DNA of 59,896 nucleotides, filler included, from 5 parts of 5 records of this genome joined end to end with filler, not necessarily neighbours in it; one strand, 5' to 3'; counted from the whole stretch's first letter, positions 6,959-17,056 are shown. Notes: generated from the sequence alone by a model not told the origin. Made by a program: numbers and translations.

Positions 6959-6986
6959 TGGTGGTCGGTACTGGGCTCGAACCAGC
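6959..6986 (-). tRNA. tRNA 3' end (T-arm, acceptor strand, CCA), truncated by contig end; att core copy
   Basis: Reverse complement GCTGGTTCGAGCCCAGTACCGACCACCA; overlaps and continues the fragment at 1-30, giving a 45-nt core. Confidence 0.85.
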
Positions 6987-7086
6987 NNNNNNNNNNNNNN
7001 NNNNNNNNNNNNNNNNNNNNNNNNNNNNNNTTAATTAATTAANNNNNNNNNNNNNNNNNNNNNNNNNNNNNNNNNNNNNNNNNNNN
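6987..7086. other. Artificial contig spacer
   Basis: 100 nt of N with TTAATTAATTAA (stops in all six frames) at 7031-7042. Confidence 0.98.
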
Positions 7087-7872
7087 GAAAACTCGGAAGA
7101 CATTTATGCGGGTATTGAATACGAAGCTGAAACTGACAAAGCCAAGAAACTGATCAAATTCTTGCGTGAAGAAATGGGTGTGAGCAAAATTCGTTTCCCC
7201 GAAACTTCAGGCATCGGCATCAAGCCAATTTCCAAAGAGGGCACTGAGCGCCTCTTCCGCAAGGCCGTTCAGTACGCCATCGACAACAAAAAGCCCTCAG
7301 TAACAATTGTGCACAAGGGCAACATCATGAAGTACACCGAAGGCGCTTTTGCGGCCTGGTCGTACGCTTTGGCCAAGAACGAATTCGGCGCCGAACTGCT
7401 GGACGGCGGCCCTTGGATGAAAATCAAGGCTGCGCATGGTGACATCGTGATCAAAGACGTGATTGCCGATGCTTTCTTGCAGCAAATTTTGCTGCGCCCT
7501 GCTGAGTACAGCGTGATTGCGACCATGAACTTGAATGGCGACTACATTTCCGATGCATTGGCCGCTCAGGTCGGTGGTATTGGTATTGCCCCCGGTGCGA
7601 ATCTGTCCGACTCCATCGCGATGTTCGAGGCTACCCACGGTACCGCACCGAAGTACGCCGGCAAAGACTACGTGAATCCAGGTTCACAAATTTTGTCTGC
7701 CGAAATGATGCTGCGTCACATGGGTTGGGTTGAGGCTGCTGATCTGATTATCACTTCCATGGAGAAATCCATTTCGTCCAAGAAGGTGACCTACGACTTC
7801 GCACGCTTGATGGATGGCGCTACACAGGTGAGCTGTTCCGGGTTCGGTCAGGTGATGATCGACCACATGTAA
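7087..7872 (+). CDS. icd: NADP-dependent isocitrate dehydrogenase, 5'-truncated
   Basis: [52 protein letters not shown]. Confidence 0.97.
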   Translation, partial: ENSEDIYAGIEYEAETDKAKKLIKFLREEMGVSKIRFPETSGIGIKPISKEGTERLFRKAVQYAIDNKKPSVTIVHKGNIMKYTEGAFAAWSYALAKNEFGAELLDGGPWMKIKAAHGDIVIKDVIADAFLQQILLRPAEYSVIATMNLNGDYISDALAAQVGGIGIAPGANLSDSIAMFEATHGTAPKYAGKDYVNPGSQILSAEMMLRHMGWVEAADLIITSMEKSISSKKVTYDFARLMDGATQVSCSGFGQVMIDHM

Positions 7873-7893
7873 CAGCCAGCTTTTGTGGCAAGT

Positions 7894-7965
7894 AAAAAAG
7901 CCCCTGTTACACGGGGCTTTTTTTATGGGCAAGAAAAAAGCCGGCTTGGGGCCGGCTTTCTTCTT
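7894..7965. terminator. Two intrinsic terminators between convergent icd and csp genes
   Basis: AAAAAAGCCCC-loop-GGGGCTTTTTTT (7894-7924) and AAAGCCGGC-loop-GCCGGCTTTCTT (7931-7965). Confidence 0.8.
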
Positions 7966-7991
7966 AATCGGTGGTTTGATTATTTTACTTA

Positions 7992-8213
7992 TCAGGCGGC
8001 GCTGGTTGCGTCCATCACAGAGATGTTCTGAGCCTGCTTACCTTTTGGTCCATCCACCACTTCAAAAGTCACTTTCTGACCTTCTTTGAGTGTGCGGAAT
8101 CCAGATGCCTGGATTGCTGAAAAGTGGGCGAAAAGTTCATCGCTCCCTTGATCTGGAGTAATAAAACCAAAACCCTTTGCATCATTGAACCATTTTACGG
8201 TGCCGGTCGCCAT
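7992..8213 (-). CDS. cspD: Cold-shock domain protein, CspD by synteny
   Basis: [18 protein letters not shown]...FAHFSAI; GGAGG SD; divergent from clpS. Confidence 0.9.
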   Translation of the reverse strand: MATGTVKWFNDAKGFGFITPDQGSDELFAHFSAIQASGFRTLKEGQKVTFEVVDGPKGKQAQNISVMDATSAA

Positions 8214-8576
8214 CGCGAAACCTCCTTCAAAAAACAATACTTCGATCGGAACGCACGAACTTTCCGACAACTCACCAGTCTGAACCAGCTTGCCTTCTAT
8301 TCTTTGACCTGTTTGAGCTGGGGTCAACCATACAATAGATACATTTTTTAAGGGTTTACCCCTTGTAATAGACAGGTGTTGTCTACATCTCATGGGTTCA
8401 GGCTTTTCGGGTGATTGACCTGGTGGGTGACAGATTGCAAATTTGAGAGCGGGTTTGCATAATTTTTGAAGTGTTCCTGATTGAATTTTCAGGAAAAATT
8501 TCTAGCCTTCAATAAAGGCAGTGTATTGCTCTCTAATCCTTGTTGCGTGCCCCTTAGAAGTGATTACAATGAAGTT

Positions 8577-8885
8577 ATGAGTTCGCAAAACAATCCATCA
8601 ACAGTACTGGAATCGCAGACGCAAAAAGCGAAGCTGCCGCCGATGTATCAGGTCGTGCTCTTGAACGATGACTACACCCCCATGGAGTTCGTCGTGATTG
8701 TTTTGCAGAAGTTTTTTGGAAAGGGAAGGGAACAGGCCACCCAGATCATGCTGAAAGTGCATCGAGAGGGAAAAGGGGTCTGTGGGGTTTATCCCAAAGA
8801 CATCGCCTCGACGAAAGTCGAAATGGTATGCGGATTCGCAAAGCAGCATCAACACCCGCTGCAGTGCGTGATGGAGGAAACATGA
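8577..8885 (+). CDS. clpS: Clp protease adaptor ClpS
   Basis: [17 protein letters not shown]...MLKVHREG...HPLQC. Confidence 0.96.
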   Translation: MSSQNNPSTVLESQTQKAKLPPMYQVVLLNDDYTPMEFVVIVLQKFFGKGREQATQIMLKVHREGKGVCGVYPKDIASTKVEMVCGFAKQHQHPLQCVMEET

Positions 8886-11206
8886 TTGCGCAAGAGTTGG
8901 AAGTTAGTTTGCACATGGCATTTGTTGACGCACGTCAGCAAAAGCATGAATTCATCACGGTAGAGCACCTTCTATTGGCCTTGCTGGACAATCCTTCAGC
9001 GGCTGAGGTGTTACGTTCATGCTCATGCGATGTCGAAGAAATTCGAAAGAACCTGCAAAATTTCATCAAGGACAACACCCCTGTGGTGTCAGGTCAGGAT
9101 GAGGTGGACACTCAGCCCACACTTGGATTTCAGCGCGTTATTCAGCGTGCCATCATGCACGTTCAGAGCACCTCCAACGGCAAGAAAGAAGTGACTGGTG
9201 CAAATGTGTTGGTGGCGATCTTCGGTGAGAAAGATTCACATGCAGTGTATTACCTGCACCAGCAGGGTATTACCCGTCTGGACGTGGTGAACTACATTTC
9301 ACACGGCATTACAAAAACTCCCCAGGCGCCTGCGCCGAAGCCTGAGAATTCCCAGAACGAGAATCAGGAGCAGGAGGCCGAGGCCACCCAAAATGTGGGT
9401 GACAAGCAATCGCCTCTGGACCAGTACACCCAGAATTTGAATGCATTGGCCAAGGAAGGGAAAATTGATCCGCTGATTGGCCGTGAGCAGGAAGTGGAGC
9501 GGGTTATTCAGGTGCTGTGCCGCCGCCGCAAAAACAACCCGCTCTTGGTGGGTGAGGCTGGTGTGGGTAAAACCGCGATTGCCGAGGGCTTGGCATGGAG
9601 AATTGTGCAGGGTGACGTGCCGGAAATTTTGGCAACAGCGCAGGTGCATTCACTGGACATGGGCGCGCTGCTGGCGGGCACCAAATACCGTGGCGATTTC
9701 GAACAGCGTTTGAAAGCGGTATTGAAACAGTTGAAAGCAAACCCGGATTCCGTGTTGTTCATTGATGAAATCCATACCCTGATTGGCGCAGGCTCCGCTT
9801 CTGGCGGCACGCTGGATGCGTCCAACTTGCTCAAGCCAGCCTTGTCCTCCGGGCAGCTGAAGTGCATCGGCGCAACCACCTTTACTGAATATCGTGGCAT
9901 TTTCGAGAAAGACCATGCACTGTCACGTCGATTCCAGAAAATTGATGTGTCTGAGCCCACTGTGGAACAAACCATTGAAATTTTGCGAGGCCTCAAGAGC
10001 CGGTTCGAAGACCACCATGGCGTGAAGTACTCCAGCGCGGCCATTTCGGCAGCCGCTGAGTTGTCGGCCAAGTTTATCAACGATCGTCATTTGCCCGACA
10101 AGGCCATTGACGTGATTGATGAAGCCGGTGCGGCGCAGCGTATTTTGCCAAAGAGCAAGCAGCGAAAAACAATTACCAAGGGCGACATTGAAGACATCGT
10201 GTCCAAGATCGCGCGCATTCCACCACAGTCGGTGAATACCGACGATCGGAACAAGCTTGCGACTCTCGATCGAGATTTGAAAGCCACCGTGTTTGGGCAG
10301 GACCCGGCCATTGAGGCGCTGGCCAATGCCATCAAAATGTCGCGTGCCGGTTTGGGCAAGGCTGACAAGCCGATTGGATCGTTCCTGTTCAGCGGCCCCA
10401 CGGGTGTCGGTAAAACAGAGGTGGCCAAACAGTTGGCGTTCATTCTCGGTATTGAAATGCTGCGGTTTGACATGTCGGAGTACATGGAGCGCCATGCTGT
10501 TTCCCGGCTGATTGGTGCCCCCCCCGGCTACGTTGGTTTTGACCAGGGCGGTTTGCTGACTGAAGCCATTACCAAGAAACCGCATTGCGTGTTGTTGCTG
10601 GATGAAATTGAAAAAGCGCACCCTGATGTGTTCAACATTCTGTTGCAGGTCATGGACAATGGCACTTTGACCGACAACAACGGTCGTAAGGCGGACTTCC
10701 GCAACGTGATCATTATCATGACCACCAATGCAGGTGCAGAGGCTTTGACCAAGCGCGGTATTGGCTTTATGGAGTCGAAGGTTCAGGGCGACGAGATGGA
10801 AGACATCAAACGCATGTTCAGCCCCGAGTTCCGCAACCGCCTTGATTCTGTCATTTCATTCCGCGCGCTGGATGAAGAAATCATTCTTCGCGTGGTCGAC
10901 AAGTTCCTGATGGAACTTGAAGAGCAGTTACACCAGAAGAAAGTCGATGCAGTATTCACAGACGATCTGCGTAAACATCTGGCGAAAAAAGGTTTTGATC
11001 CACTCATGGGTGCCCGACCCATGCAACGTTTGATCCAGGACACCATTCGCAAAGCTTTGGCTGATGAATTGCTGTTTGGCAAGCTGGTCAGTGGCGGCAA
11101 GGTGACCGTGGATCACGACGTAGAAAACGACCAGGTGTCGCTGACTTTTGATGAAGGTTCATCAGGTCAGGAGTCGGAGAGCGGTACTGAGGTGGCGGTT
11201 GATTAA
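8882..11206 (+). CDS. clpA: Clp protease ATP-binding subunit ClpA
   Basis: [11 protein letters not shown] start; Walker A motifs GEAGVGKT and [11 protein letters not shown] loop; ATGA-coupled to clpS. Confidence 0.97.
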   Translation: MIAQELEVSLHMAFVDARQQKHEFITVEHLLLALLDNPSAAEVLRSCSCDVEEIRKNLQNFIKDNTPVVSGQDEVDTQPTLGFQRVIQRAIMHVQSTSNGKKEVTGANVLVAIFGEKDSHAVYYLHQQGITRLDVVNYISHGITKTPQAPAPKPENSQNENQEQEAEATQNVGDKQSPLDQYTQNLNALAKEGKIDPLIGREQEVERVIQVLCRRRKNNPLLVGEAGVGKTAIAEGLAWRIVQGDVPEILATAQVHSLDMGALLAGTKYRGDFEQRLKAVLKQLKANPDSVLFIDEIHTLIGAGSASGGTLDASNLLKPALSSGQLKCIGATTFTEYRGIFEKDHALSRRFQKIDVSEPTVEQTIEILRGLKSRFEDHHGVKYSSAAISAAAELSAKFINDRHLPDKAIDVIDEAGAAQRILPKSKQRKTITKGDIEDIVSKIARIPPQSVNTDDRNKLATLDRDLKATVFGQDPAIEALANAIKMSRAGLGKADKPIGSFLFSGPTGVGKTEVAKQLAFILGIEMLRFDMSEYMERHAVSRLIGAPPGYVGFDQGGLLTEAITKKPHCVLLLDEIEKAHPDVFNILLQVMDNGTLTDNNGRKADFRNVIIIMTTNAGAEALTKRGIGFMESKVQGDEMEDIKRMFSPEFRNRLDSVISFRALDEEIILRVVDKFLMELEEQLHQKKVDAVFTDDLRKHLAKKGFDPLMGARPMQRLIQDTIRKALADELLFGKLVSGGKVTVDHDVENDQVSLTFDEGSSGQESESGTEVAVD

Positions 11207-11263
11207 AGGCACTTTTTTAAGCCGACCCGTCGGGATCAAGACTGTTTTTGTTGAAGTTTGAAT

Positions 11264-11300
11264 AGCCTGGGTGTTCCTCTTGCGGACACCCAGGCTTTTT
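11264..11300 (+). terminator. Intrinsic terminator after clpA
   Basis: AGCCTGGGTGT...ACACCCAGGCT followed by a T run. Confidence 0.8.
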
Positions 11301-11339
11301 GTTTTCTGCAGCGGCTCACCGGTTCAGTTTTAAGATTGA

Positions 11340-12488
11340 CTATTGGTGTACCTTGCCAAGGCAGCTCCGATTTCTACCTTTGTTTTTGGCTTGATAGAGT
11401 GCATGGTCGGCCAGTGCCATGGTGCGATCAATGTTGTCGCTGTGCGTGATGTCACAGATCCCCGCTGAGAATCCCACCTTGCCTTGTCCATTCAATCGGA
11501 TTCTATCGACAATTCTTTGAGCGTCCTGGGCAGTGCAATTGGCCAGAAGCACTGCAAATTCCTCCCCTCCAATACGCGCGATCAGATCACCCGGCCTGAA
11601 ATTCATTCGAAGTGTTTCGGCAAATTCGCGAAGCCGAATATCTCCGGCTTCGTGGCCGAAGGTGTCGTTGTATTGCTTGAAGTAGTCGATGTCAATAATC
11701 GCAACACTGCCTTGAAGCTGATTCTGCGCTTGCATTTTTCGGAGGTAGGCACTGGTCATGTCTTGCCATCCCCGGCGATTGAGCAAACCGGTGAGTGGGT
11801 CGTTGCGAGCCTGATTGCTCAGGTGAAGCAGTTCGAGTGCAAAGCGTTGGCGCAAATTTGATTGTCGCCACAATGTCAGGCTGACAAAACTCACGGAGTA
11901 AATCAACACCACCAGAGTGAGAATCAAGTTATTGCGCTGTAATTCATTGACCTTGTCATCGGCCATCGGTACGTCTTTCTTCAGAATCCTATTGAACACC
12001 CCAAGCTCGATCAGCCAGAACTCGATACTTTGGGTGTCGGGCTTGCCCATTGTTGCAAGTTGCTGGTCCATCGCGATCAAGTGTTCTCGAAGGCTTGCAA
12101 CCGATTCAGTCAGCGCGCTGTGGGTGTTGATCGTTTCGATGACAGCCAGTCTCGCAGCCAGTTGATTGAGTAATTCTTGGGGTGAGCCATAACCTCGCGT
12201 TTCCAGACCAAGTTTGGTTTCATAGGCGTGCTCATTGCCGAGGTGATGCAGGGCCGTGCTTTGTACGACCAGGTCTTGCAGGGATACTTCAAGTAGTCGT
12301 CTCTTGGTCAGGTCACCTTGAATGTGATGTGCTTCGCTGTAGTTAAATACAGCCACTGCGGCGAGAATGATGCAGAGAGCCAACCAAAAATAACGGATGG
12401 CTTTTTCAGAACAGGGACGCAAATACCGTATTGCGTGAACCCACCATGTGTGGCCTGTAGATGTGGCTGGCCCTCCGCCTGAGTTCAT
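11340..12488 (-). CDS. Membrane-anchored diguanylate cyclase
   Basis: Two hydrophobic segments; DPLTGLLNRR, DIDYFKQYND, RPGD I-site, GGEEF. Confidence 0.92.
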   Translation of the reverse strand: MNSGGGPATSTGHTWWVHAIRYLRPCSEKAIRYFWLALCIILAAVAVFNYSEAHHIQGDLTKRRLLEVSLQDLVVQSTALHHLGNEHAYETKLGLETRGYGSPQELLNQLAARLAVIETINTHSALTESVASLREHLIAMDQQLATMGKPDTQSIEFWLIELGVFNRILKKDVPMADDKVNELQRNNLILTLVVLIYSVSFVSLTLWRQSNLRQRFALELLHLSNQARNDPLTGLLNRRGWQDMTSAYLRKMQAQNQLQGSVAIIDIDYFKQYNDTFGHEAGDIRLREFAETLRMNFRPGDLIARIGGEEFAVLLANCTAQDAQRIVDRIRLNGQGKVGFSAGICDITHSDNIDRTMALADHALYQAKNKGRNRSCLGKVHQ

Positions 12489-12554
12489 TGTTGTCCTGAT
12501 GATTCACAATGACACTCAGTGGCAAATCCTCTTGGAGTGGTTCCTTCTGATTTT

Positions 12555-12758
12555 TTAACGGGTACCCGTGCTGCCGAATCCGCCTTCGCCACGCTCACTG
12601 GGCGTGAAATCGCTGACCACTTTGAAGTCGGCATGTGCCACGGGCAAGATGACCAGTTGAGCAATCCGCTCCATCGGTTCAATGGTCACTGGCGCCTGGC
12701 TGCGGTTCCACGCTGAAACCATTAGTGAGCCCTGGTAGTCGGAATCGATCAACCCCAC
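12555..12758 (-). CDS. dut: dUTPase, 5'-truncated
   Basis: [25 protein letters not shown]. Confidence 0.96.
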   Translation of the reverse strand: MGLIDSDYQGSLMVSAWNRSQAPVTIEPMERIAQLVILPVAHADFKVVSDFTPSERGEGGFGSTGTR

Positions 12759-12858
12759 NNNNNNNNNNNNNNNNNNNNNNNNNNNNNNNNNNNNNNNNNN
12801 NNTTAATTAATTAANNNNNNNNNNNNNNNNNNNNNNNNNNNNNNNNNNNNNNNNNNNN
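12759..12858. other. Artificial contig spacer
   Basis: N run with TTAATTAATTAA at 12803-12814. Confidence 0.98.
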
Positions 12859-12887
12859 AGGCTGTTAGCCCTAAGGGCTAACAGCCT
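12859..12887. repeat. REP-like palindrome, copy 1
   Basis: AGGCTGTTAGCCC-TAA-GGGCTAACAGCCT. Confidence 0.8.
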
Positions 12888-13265
12888 GTAGGACAACATT
12901 TCTCTAATTAGAATATTCAACAACTCAGCAACTTACAGCCCAGCCCATACGCCCACAAGCTCAATGATTCAAACGACAGGTATTCCACACTAAACGGCCA
13001 GTATTTCAGACTCAACGACAAGTCTCAAGGGGCCAAGAGCACAAAAGCCGCCAGATTCAGCCTCAAACTCGTATTCCACCCTCAAGACCCGAAGACTCGT
13101 GACGCGCTCAGCGGCTTCGGGCTTCAATCCCATCAACCAACAAGAGAACTCAAAAAGGCGCGCCCCAAGCGCAAGCCGCTCAGTCAACAAACACCACGCA
13201 TCAATGAACCACACATAGTGGGTTAACAATTCGAAGAACTGAACAAGGTAAAATTCCTGCTTTTG

Positions 13266-14423
13266 TTACGACAACGCCGCCAGCGCCTGCTCCATGTCCT
13301 GCCGCAAATCCTTAAACGCTTCAATACCGACCGACATACGCACAAGCGTCTGACTAATTCCCATTGCATTGCGCTCGGCTTCAGTCAAACCAGCATGTGA
13401 ACTCTTGGCCGGCAGTGTAATCAGCGATTCCACACCGCCCAGGCTCGGCGCTACAACCGGAATCTCTAGCGCCTGAATAAACTGATGCAATTTTGTCAAA
13501 TCGCTGTTTAACTCAAAACACAACATGCCGCCGCAGCCATTAAACAAATCCGCCGCGCGCTGATGATCCGGGTGCGACTCCAGGCCGGGATACACCACGC
13601 GACCGACCTGCGCCTGTGCCGCCAACCACTGTGCGAGGCCGCCGGCATTTGCGTTAATCCGCTCCATACGCAGCGCCAGCGTTTTAACTCCACGCTGAAT
13701 CAGGAAGCAGGTGTGCGGGTCCAGCGTCGCACCATAGAGTTTCTGGTATTTTAGCACCGGCCGCATTTGTTCGGCAGCCCCAAGTACCGCGCCGCCAACA
13801 ACATCAGAATGACCATTCAAATATTTTGTTAAGGAATGACACACAAGGTCAAACCCCAATGCCAGCGGCTGAAAGTTAACCGGCGGCGCAAATGTCGCGT
13901 CAATAATGCTGATTAACTGATGCTCGCGCGCAAATGCGACAATCCCGCGCAAATCCGCCACGTTTAAGAGCGGGTTGGTGATCGCTTCACAGTAAAACAT
14001 TGCAGTCGTATCGCGCAGTTTGTTAAGCCACTCGGCACGGTCGTCCTTATCCACAAAGTCAACGCTGATGCCGCGCCCCGGCAATTCGTCGCGGAATAAA
14101 GCCTGCGTGCCGCCGTATAGTCCCGACTGTGCCAGCACGTGATCTCCAGGTCGCAGTTTACTTAACACCGCACTCGAAATCGCCGCCATGCCGCTGCCAC
14201 TTACCACGCAGCTCTCCGCACCTTCCAGAGCCGCGAGTTTATCCTGCAGCGCAATCTGGTTCGGCGAGTTGTTGTAGCGCAAATAGCGCAGTGAATCTAT
14301 GTCCGCATCTGCGGCAAATTCGTGCATCGCCGTCTGATATATCGGCGTGATTACGGCGCCGTCAGGATGTGTTTCCCCGGCGTGTACCGCGCGTGTATCG
14401 GCGCTCTGCTCCCGTTTTGTCAT
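13266..14423 (-). CDS. Cys/Met-metabolism PLP enzyme (cystathionine gamma-synthase/lyase family)
   Basis: SGMAAI, LYGGT, IDATFA, HSLTKYLNGHSD (PLP lysine), SLGGVESL. Confidence 0.93.
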   Translation of the reverse strand: MTKREQSADTRAVHAGETHPDGAVITPIYQTAMHEFAADADIDSLRYLRYNNSPNQIALQDKLAALEGAESCVVSGSGMAAISSAVLSKLRPGDHVLAQSGLYGGTQALFRDELPGRGISVDFVDKDDRAEWLNKLRDTTAMFYCEAITNPLLNVADLRGIVAFAREHQLISIIDATFAPPVNFQPLALGFDLVCHSLTKYLNGHSDVVGGAVLGAAEQMRPVLKYQKLYGATLDPHTCFLIQRGVKTLALRMERINANAGGLAQWLAAQAQVGRVVYPGLESHPDHQRAADLFNGCGGMLCFELNSDLTKLHQFIQALEIPVVAPSLGGVESLITLPAKSSHAGLTEAERNAMGISQTLVRMSVGIEAFKDLRQDMEQALAALS

Positions 14424-14499
14424 GTTTAAGTCTCCCCGTGCGAGTTAAAAGATGATGTCAAAATTTCTGCCGCCCGGGTGACGCGGACTTAAACAGCGG

Positions 14500-15435
14500 C
14501 TAAACCAGTTCGAGGAGAGTAACGTCGGGCCGGGCGCCCAGACGCAAGCCGCGCATATTGCCGATGCCTTTGCTGATATGTAGCTGGCGGCCTTCCCAGG
14601 CATACAGTCCCGCTACAAAACGTTTATCCTTAACCGGCGCGTAAGGCTCACCAATCAGTGGCAGCGAGAGCTGGCCGCCATGCGTATGGCCCGAAAGCAT
14701 TAAGTCCCAACTGTAATTTTTGATACGCTGTTTTGTGTCCGGGTTGTGCGCCAGGACAACTTTGGGATTAAGGTCATTTCTGTTAACTGTACTGAATGCT
14801 TCTGCCGGTTTAAACTCTTCGCCCCACAGATCCCCGATGCCCACCAGGGAAATTTCGCGATTTAAGGGGCGAACCGTGGTTGAACGGTTGTGCAGAACTT
14901 CAATCGCCGAGCCTTCCAGCAAAGTCTCCAGTCTTCTCGTCGTTTGCGGACCACCGCGGCGTGCAGCCCACGTACTTCCGTCGTGATTTCCGAACACAGC
15001 AAAAACCGGGATCTCAGGAGTCGCCGAATTCTGCCGCCAAACGTTAAACAAAGGCAAGACGCGCTGCTCCAGATCCTGCGGCGCTTCGTCGCCACTGGTG
15101 TAGAAATCGCCGGTAACAACAATCAGATCAGGCAGCAGCGCAATACCGCGCTGAATAGCAGTACAAATGTACGGCGTTGACATCCGGCCTGAGACATGCA
15201 AATCACTTAAGTGCAGCAGACGCACAGGCCGCGAGTCATTCAGTCCAATATCAACACGCTGCTGTTTAACTTCCAGCCACTCAGGCTCAATACAGCGCAT
15301 GTACAACAGAGTCGATGCCGCCAAACCACCCAGGCTCCACATGAAACCGCGGCGGCTGATCCGGCGGCCAGGTTTCTCCTGACCGTCGTCATCTTGCATC
15401 TTACTCGTGTTTAACCCGCTATTCTCTTTCAACAT
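14500..15435 (-). CDS. YaeI/YkuE-like metallophosphoesterase; start uncertain
   Basis: SDLH, TGD, GNHD, HNPD, GHTHGGQ; N-terminal SRRGF twin-arginine-like motif. Confidence 0.9.
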   Translation of the reverse strand: MLKENSGLNTSKMQDDDGQEKPGRRISRRGFMWSLGGLAASTLLYMRCIEPEWLEVKQQRVDIGLNDSRPVRLLHLSDLHVSGRMSTPYICTAIQRGIALLPDLIVVTGDFYTSGDEAPQDLEQRVLPLFNVWRQNSATPEIPVFAVFGNHDGSTWAARRGGPQTTRRLETLLEGSAIEVLHNRSTTVRPLNREISLVGIGDLWGEEFKPAEAFSTVNRNDLNPKVVLAHNPDTKQRIKNYSWDLMLSGHTHGGQLSLPLIGEPYAPVKDKRFVAGLYAWEGRQLHISKGIGNMRGLRLGARPDVTLLELV

Positions 15436-15482
15436 GAACCCTCTGGCCCTGGCTGCGTTCGCACAATCATACACACAATGCC

Positions 15483-17024
15483 TTAGCGCGTTTTAGACAT
15501 CGACGCTTCAATAAAGTTGTCAAAGTCTTCCTTAAAACGCTTCAGCGATTCCGTGTGAATGTACATCATGTGGCCCGCCGGATAATAGGTCATCGTGATG
15601 TTGTCACGCCGCGAAGGCTCAAGCCCCATGTGATGCAACGTGAACTCCGTCGCAAAATACGGTGTCGCCAGGTCGTAGTACCCGTTTGAAATCCAAACGT
15701 TCAGATCCGGATTCTTGGCCATTGCCTCGCGTAGCGTTTCGGCCGTGTTGGTGTAACCAGAAGACGCATTGCCCCAATTCCAGGGACGCACGCGGCCGGT
15801 CAGAATCTCGTAGGGAATGTCATTTTCGTACTCCAGCTCACCGCGCACATAGTCGTTGAGCAGTGCCGTGTACGGTCCCATAATTGCAGTTAAACTTGGG
15901 TCGTGCTCCATCCAGGCACCGTTCGCATTCGCGTCGATACCTTTAAAGCGACTGTCCAAACGGCCGACCGTCTTGTCTTCTGAACGCAATAACTCTTTGC
16001 AGAACTGATGAATGTTAATCTTCAGGTCACTTAACAGAATCCACTCCTTGTCCAGTCCCGTGTATTCCACCAAACGGTCGGCAATGCGCTGACGCTCGGC
16101 TTCTTCCAGATCCGTGCCGCGCGCCAGGGCCGGCAGATATTCTTCCATTGCAAATTCTTCGACTTCGTCGAGTGTTGTGCGCAGGTCCGCCTGGTATTTG
16201 ACCGGCAGTTGATTGTGGTAAAACGACGTTGCCGTGTAGGTTGGCAAAAACAGGACGTAGGGCCAGATATTGCCCGGATCAAAACGTGCGGTATTAAACT
16301 GCAGAATCGACGAAACCAGCATCAGGCCGTTAAGGTACATGCCATGCCTGTCTTGCAAATAACCGGACAGCCCGGCCGCACGTGTAGTTCCATAACTTTC
16401 ACCCGCCAGGAACTTCGGCGAAGTCCAGCGTTCGTTTTGTGTTGTCCACAGGCGGATAAAATCACCAACTGAGCGGATGTCTTCGTCAACGCCGTGAAAC
16501 TGCTCGCGTTTTTCTTCCGGTGCCGGGCGGCTGTAACCTGTCCCCACCGGATCGATAAACACCAGGTCGGTTTTGTCGAGCCAGGTGTCTTCATTGTTAA
16601 CAAGTTTATAGGGCGGAGCGCTCGCATGTAGCATGTCCTGCATATCCACACGCCGCGGACCAAGTGCACCAAGATGCAGCCAAACCGAGGAAGAACCAGG
16701 GCCACCGTTAAACGCAAACGTCACCGGTCGGTCAGATTTTCCGGTTACACCATCCAGTGTATACGCAATAAAAAATATCGCGGCCTTGTGCACACCATTC
16801 TCCGTCACGGCATGCAGATAACCGCTCGTACTGGTGTAATTGAGCGCACGCCCTTTAACCTGAACGGTATGTTTGGCAACTGCGATTTCGCCGGCGCGAT
16901 CTCCCAGTCCGATCTTGTGCATTGTAGCAGCCGTGCCTTCGTCGGCATTCACGCTGGCAAAACAAAACGTCAGCAGAGCCAGACACATCACTGTCAGTCG
17001 GCGCATCAACATGGTATCACTCAT
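15483..17024 (-). CDS. Secreted S10-family serine carboxypeptidase
   Basis: FNGGPGSSS, IDPVGTGYS, GESYG, GYYDLATP, AGHMMY; signal peptide. Confidence 0.93.
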   Translation of the reverse strand: MSDTMLMRRLTVMCLALLTFCFASVNADEGTAATMHKIGLGDRAGEIAVAKHTVQVKGRALNYTSTSGYLHAVTENGVHKAAIFFIAYTLDGVTGKSDRPVTFAFNGGPGSSSVWLHLGALGPRRVDMQDMLHASAPPYKLVNNEDTWLDKTDLVFIDPVGTGYSRPAPEEKREQFHGVDEDIRSVGDFIRLWTTQNERWTSPKFLAGESYGTTRAAGLSGYLQDRHGMYLNGLMLVSSILQFNTARFDPGNIWPYVLFLPTYTATSFYHNQLPVKYQADLRTTLDEVEEFAMEEYLPALARGTDLEEAERQRIADRLVEYTGLDKEWILLSDLKINIHQFCKELLRSEDKTVGRLDSRFKGIDANANGAWMEHDPSLTAIMGPYTALLNDYVRGELEYENDIPYEILTGRVRPWNWGNASSGYTNTAETLREAMAKNPDLNVWISNGYYDLATPYFATEFTLHHMGLEPSRRDNITMTYYPAGHMMYIHTESLKRFKEDFDNFIEASMSKTR

Positions 17025-17056
17025 TTCTAGTTATAAATTCGCTGGTCACAGCCTTC

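Larger units (their letters stand above)
1..6986. mobile_element. Complete tRNA-Val(GAC)-targeting integrative element with Rep_trans initiator (IME or satellite-like), ~6973 bp if circularised
   Basis: Both ends carry overlapping parts of one tRNA 3' half (GGCTCGAACCAGC at 1-13 and 6974-6986). Integrase and xis abut the right end. Rep_trans gene and nick hairpin are internal. No capsid or T4SS genes seen. Confidence 0.9.

Noticed and set aside
1-6986. Filamentous prophage interpretation
   Set aside because: No Zot-like ATPase or small coat-protein genes between the two att ends
7031-7042. TTAATTAATTAA repeated four times within N runs
   Set aside because: Artificial linker with stops in all frames; adjacency across these spacers has no biological meaning
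6987-7042. Tail of the tracked ORF 5996-7042
   Set aside because: Runs into Ns and the linker; only 5996-6986 is real sequence
6959-7872. Element integrated next to icd (as some prophages are)
   Set aside because: icd is on a different contig; the att site is a tRNA
9299-11116. Antisense ORFs within clpA (up to 232 aa)
   Set aside because: Expected shadow of biased codon usage in a conserved gene; fragmented and not coupled to neighbours, unlike 971-2752
12859-12887. GCTAACAG in the palindrome resembles a MOB_T nick motif
   Set aside because: It lies in the stem rather than a loop, and no relaxase is on that contig; likely coincidence
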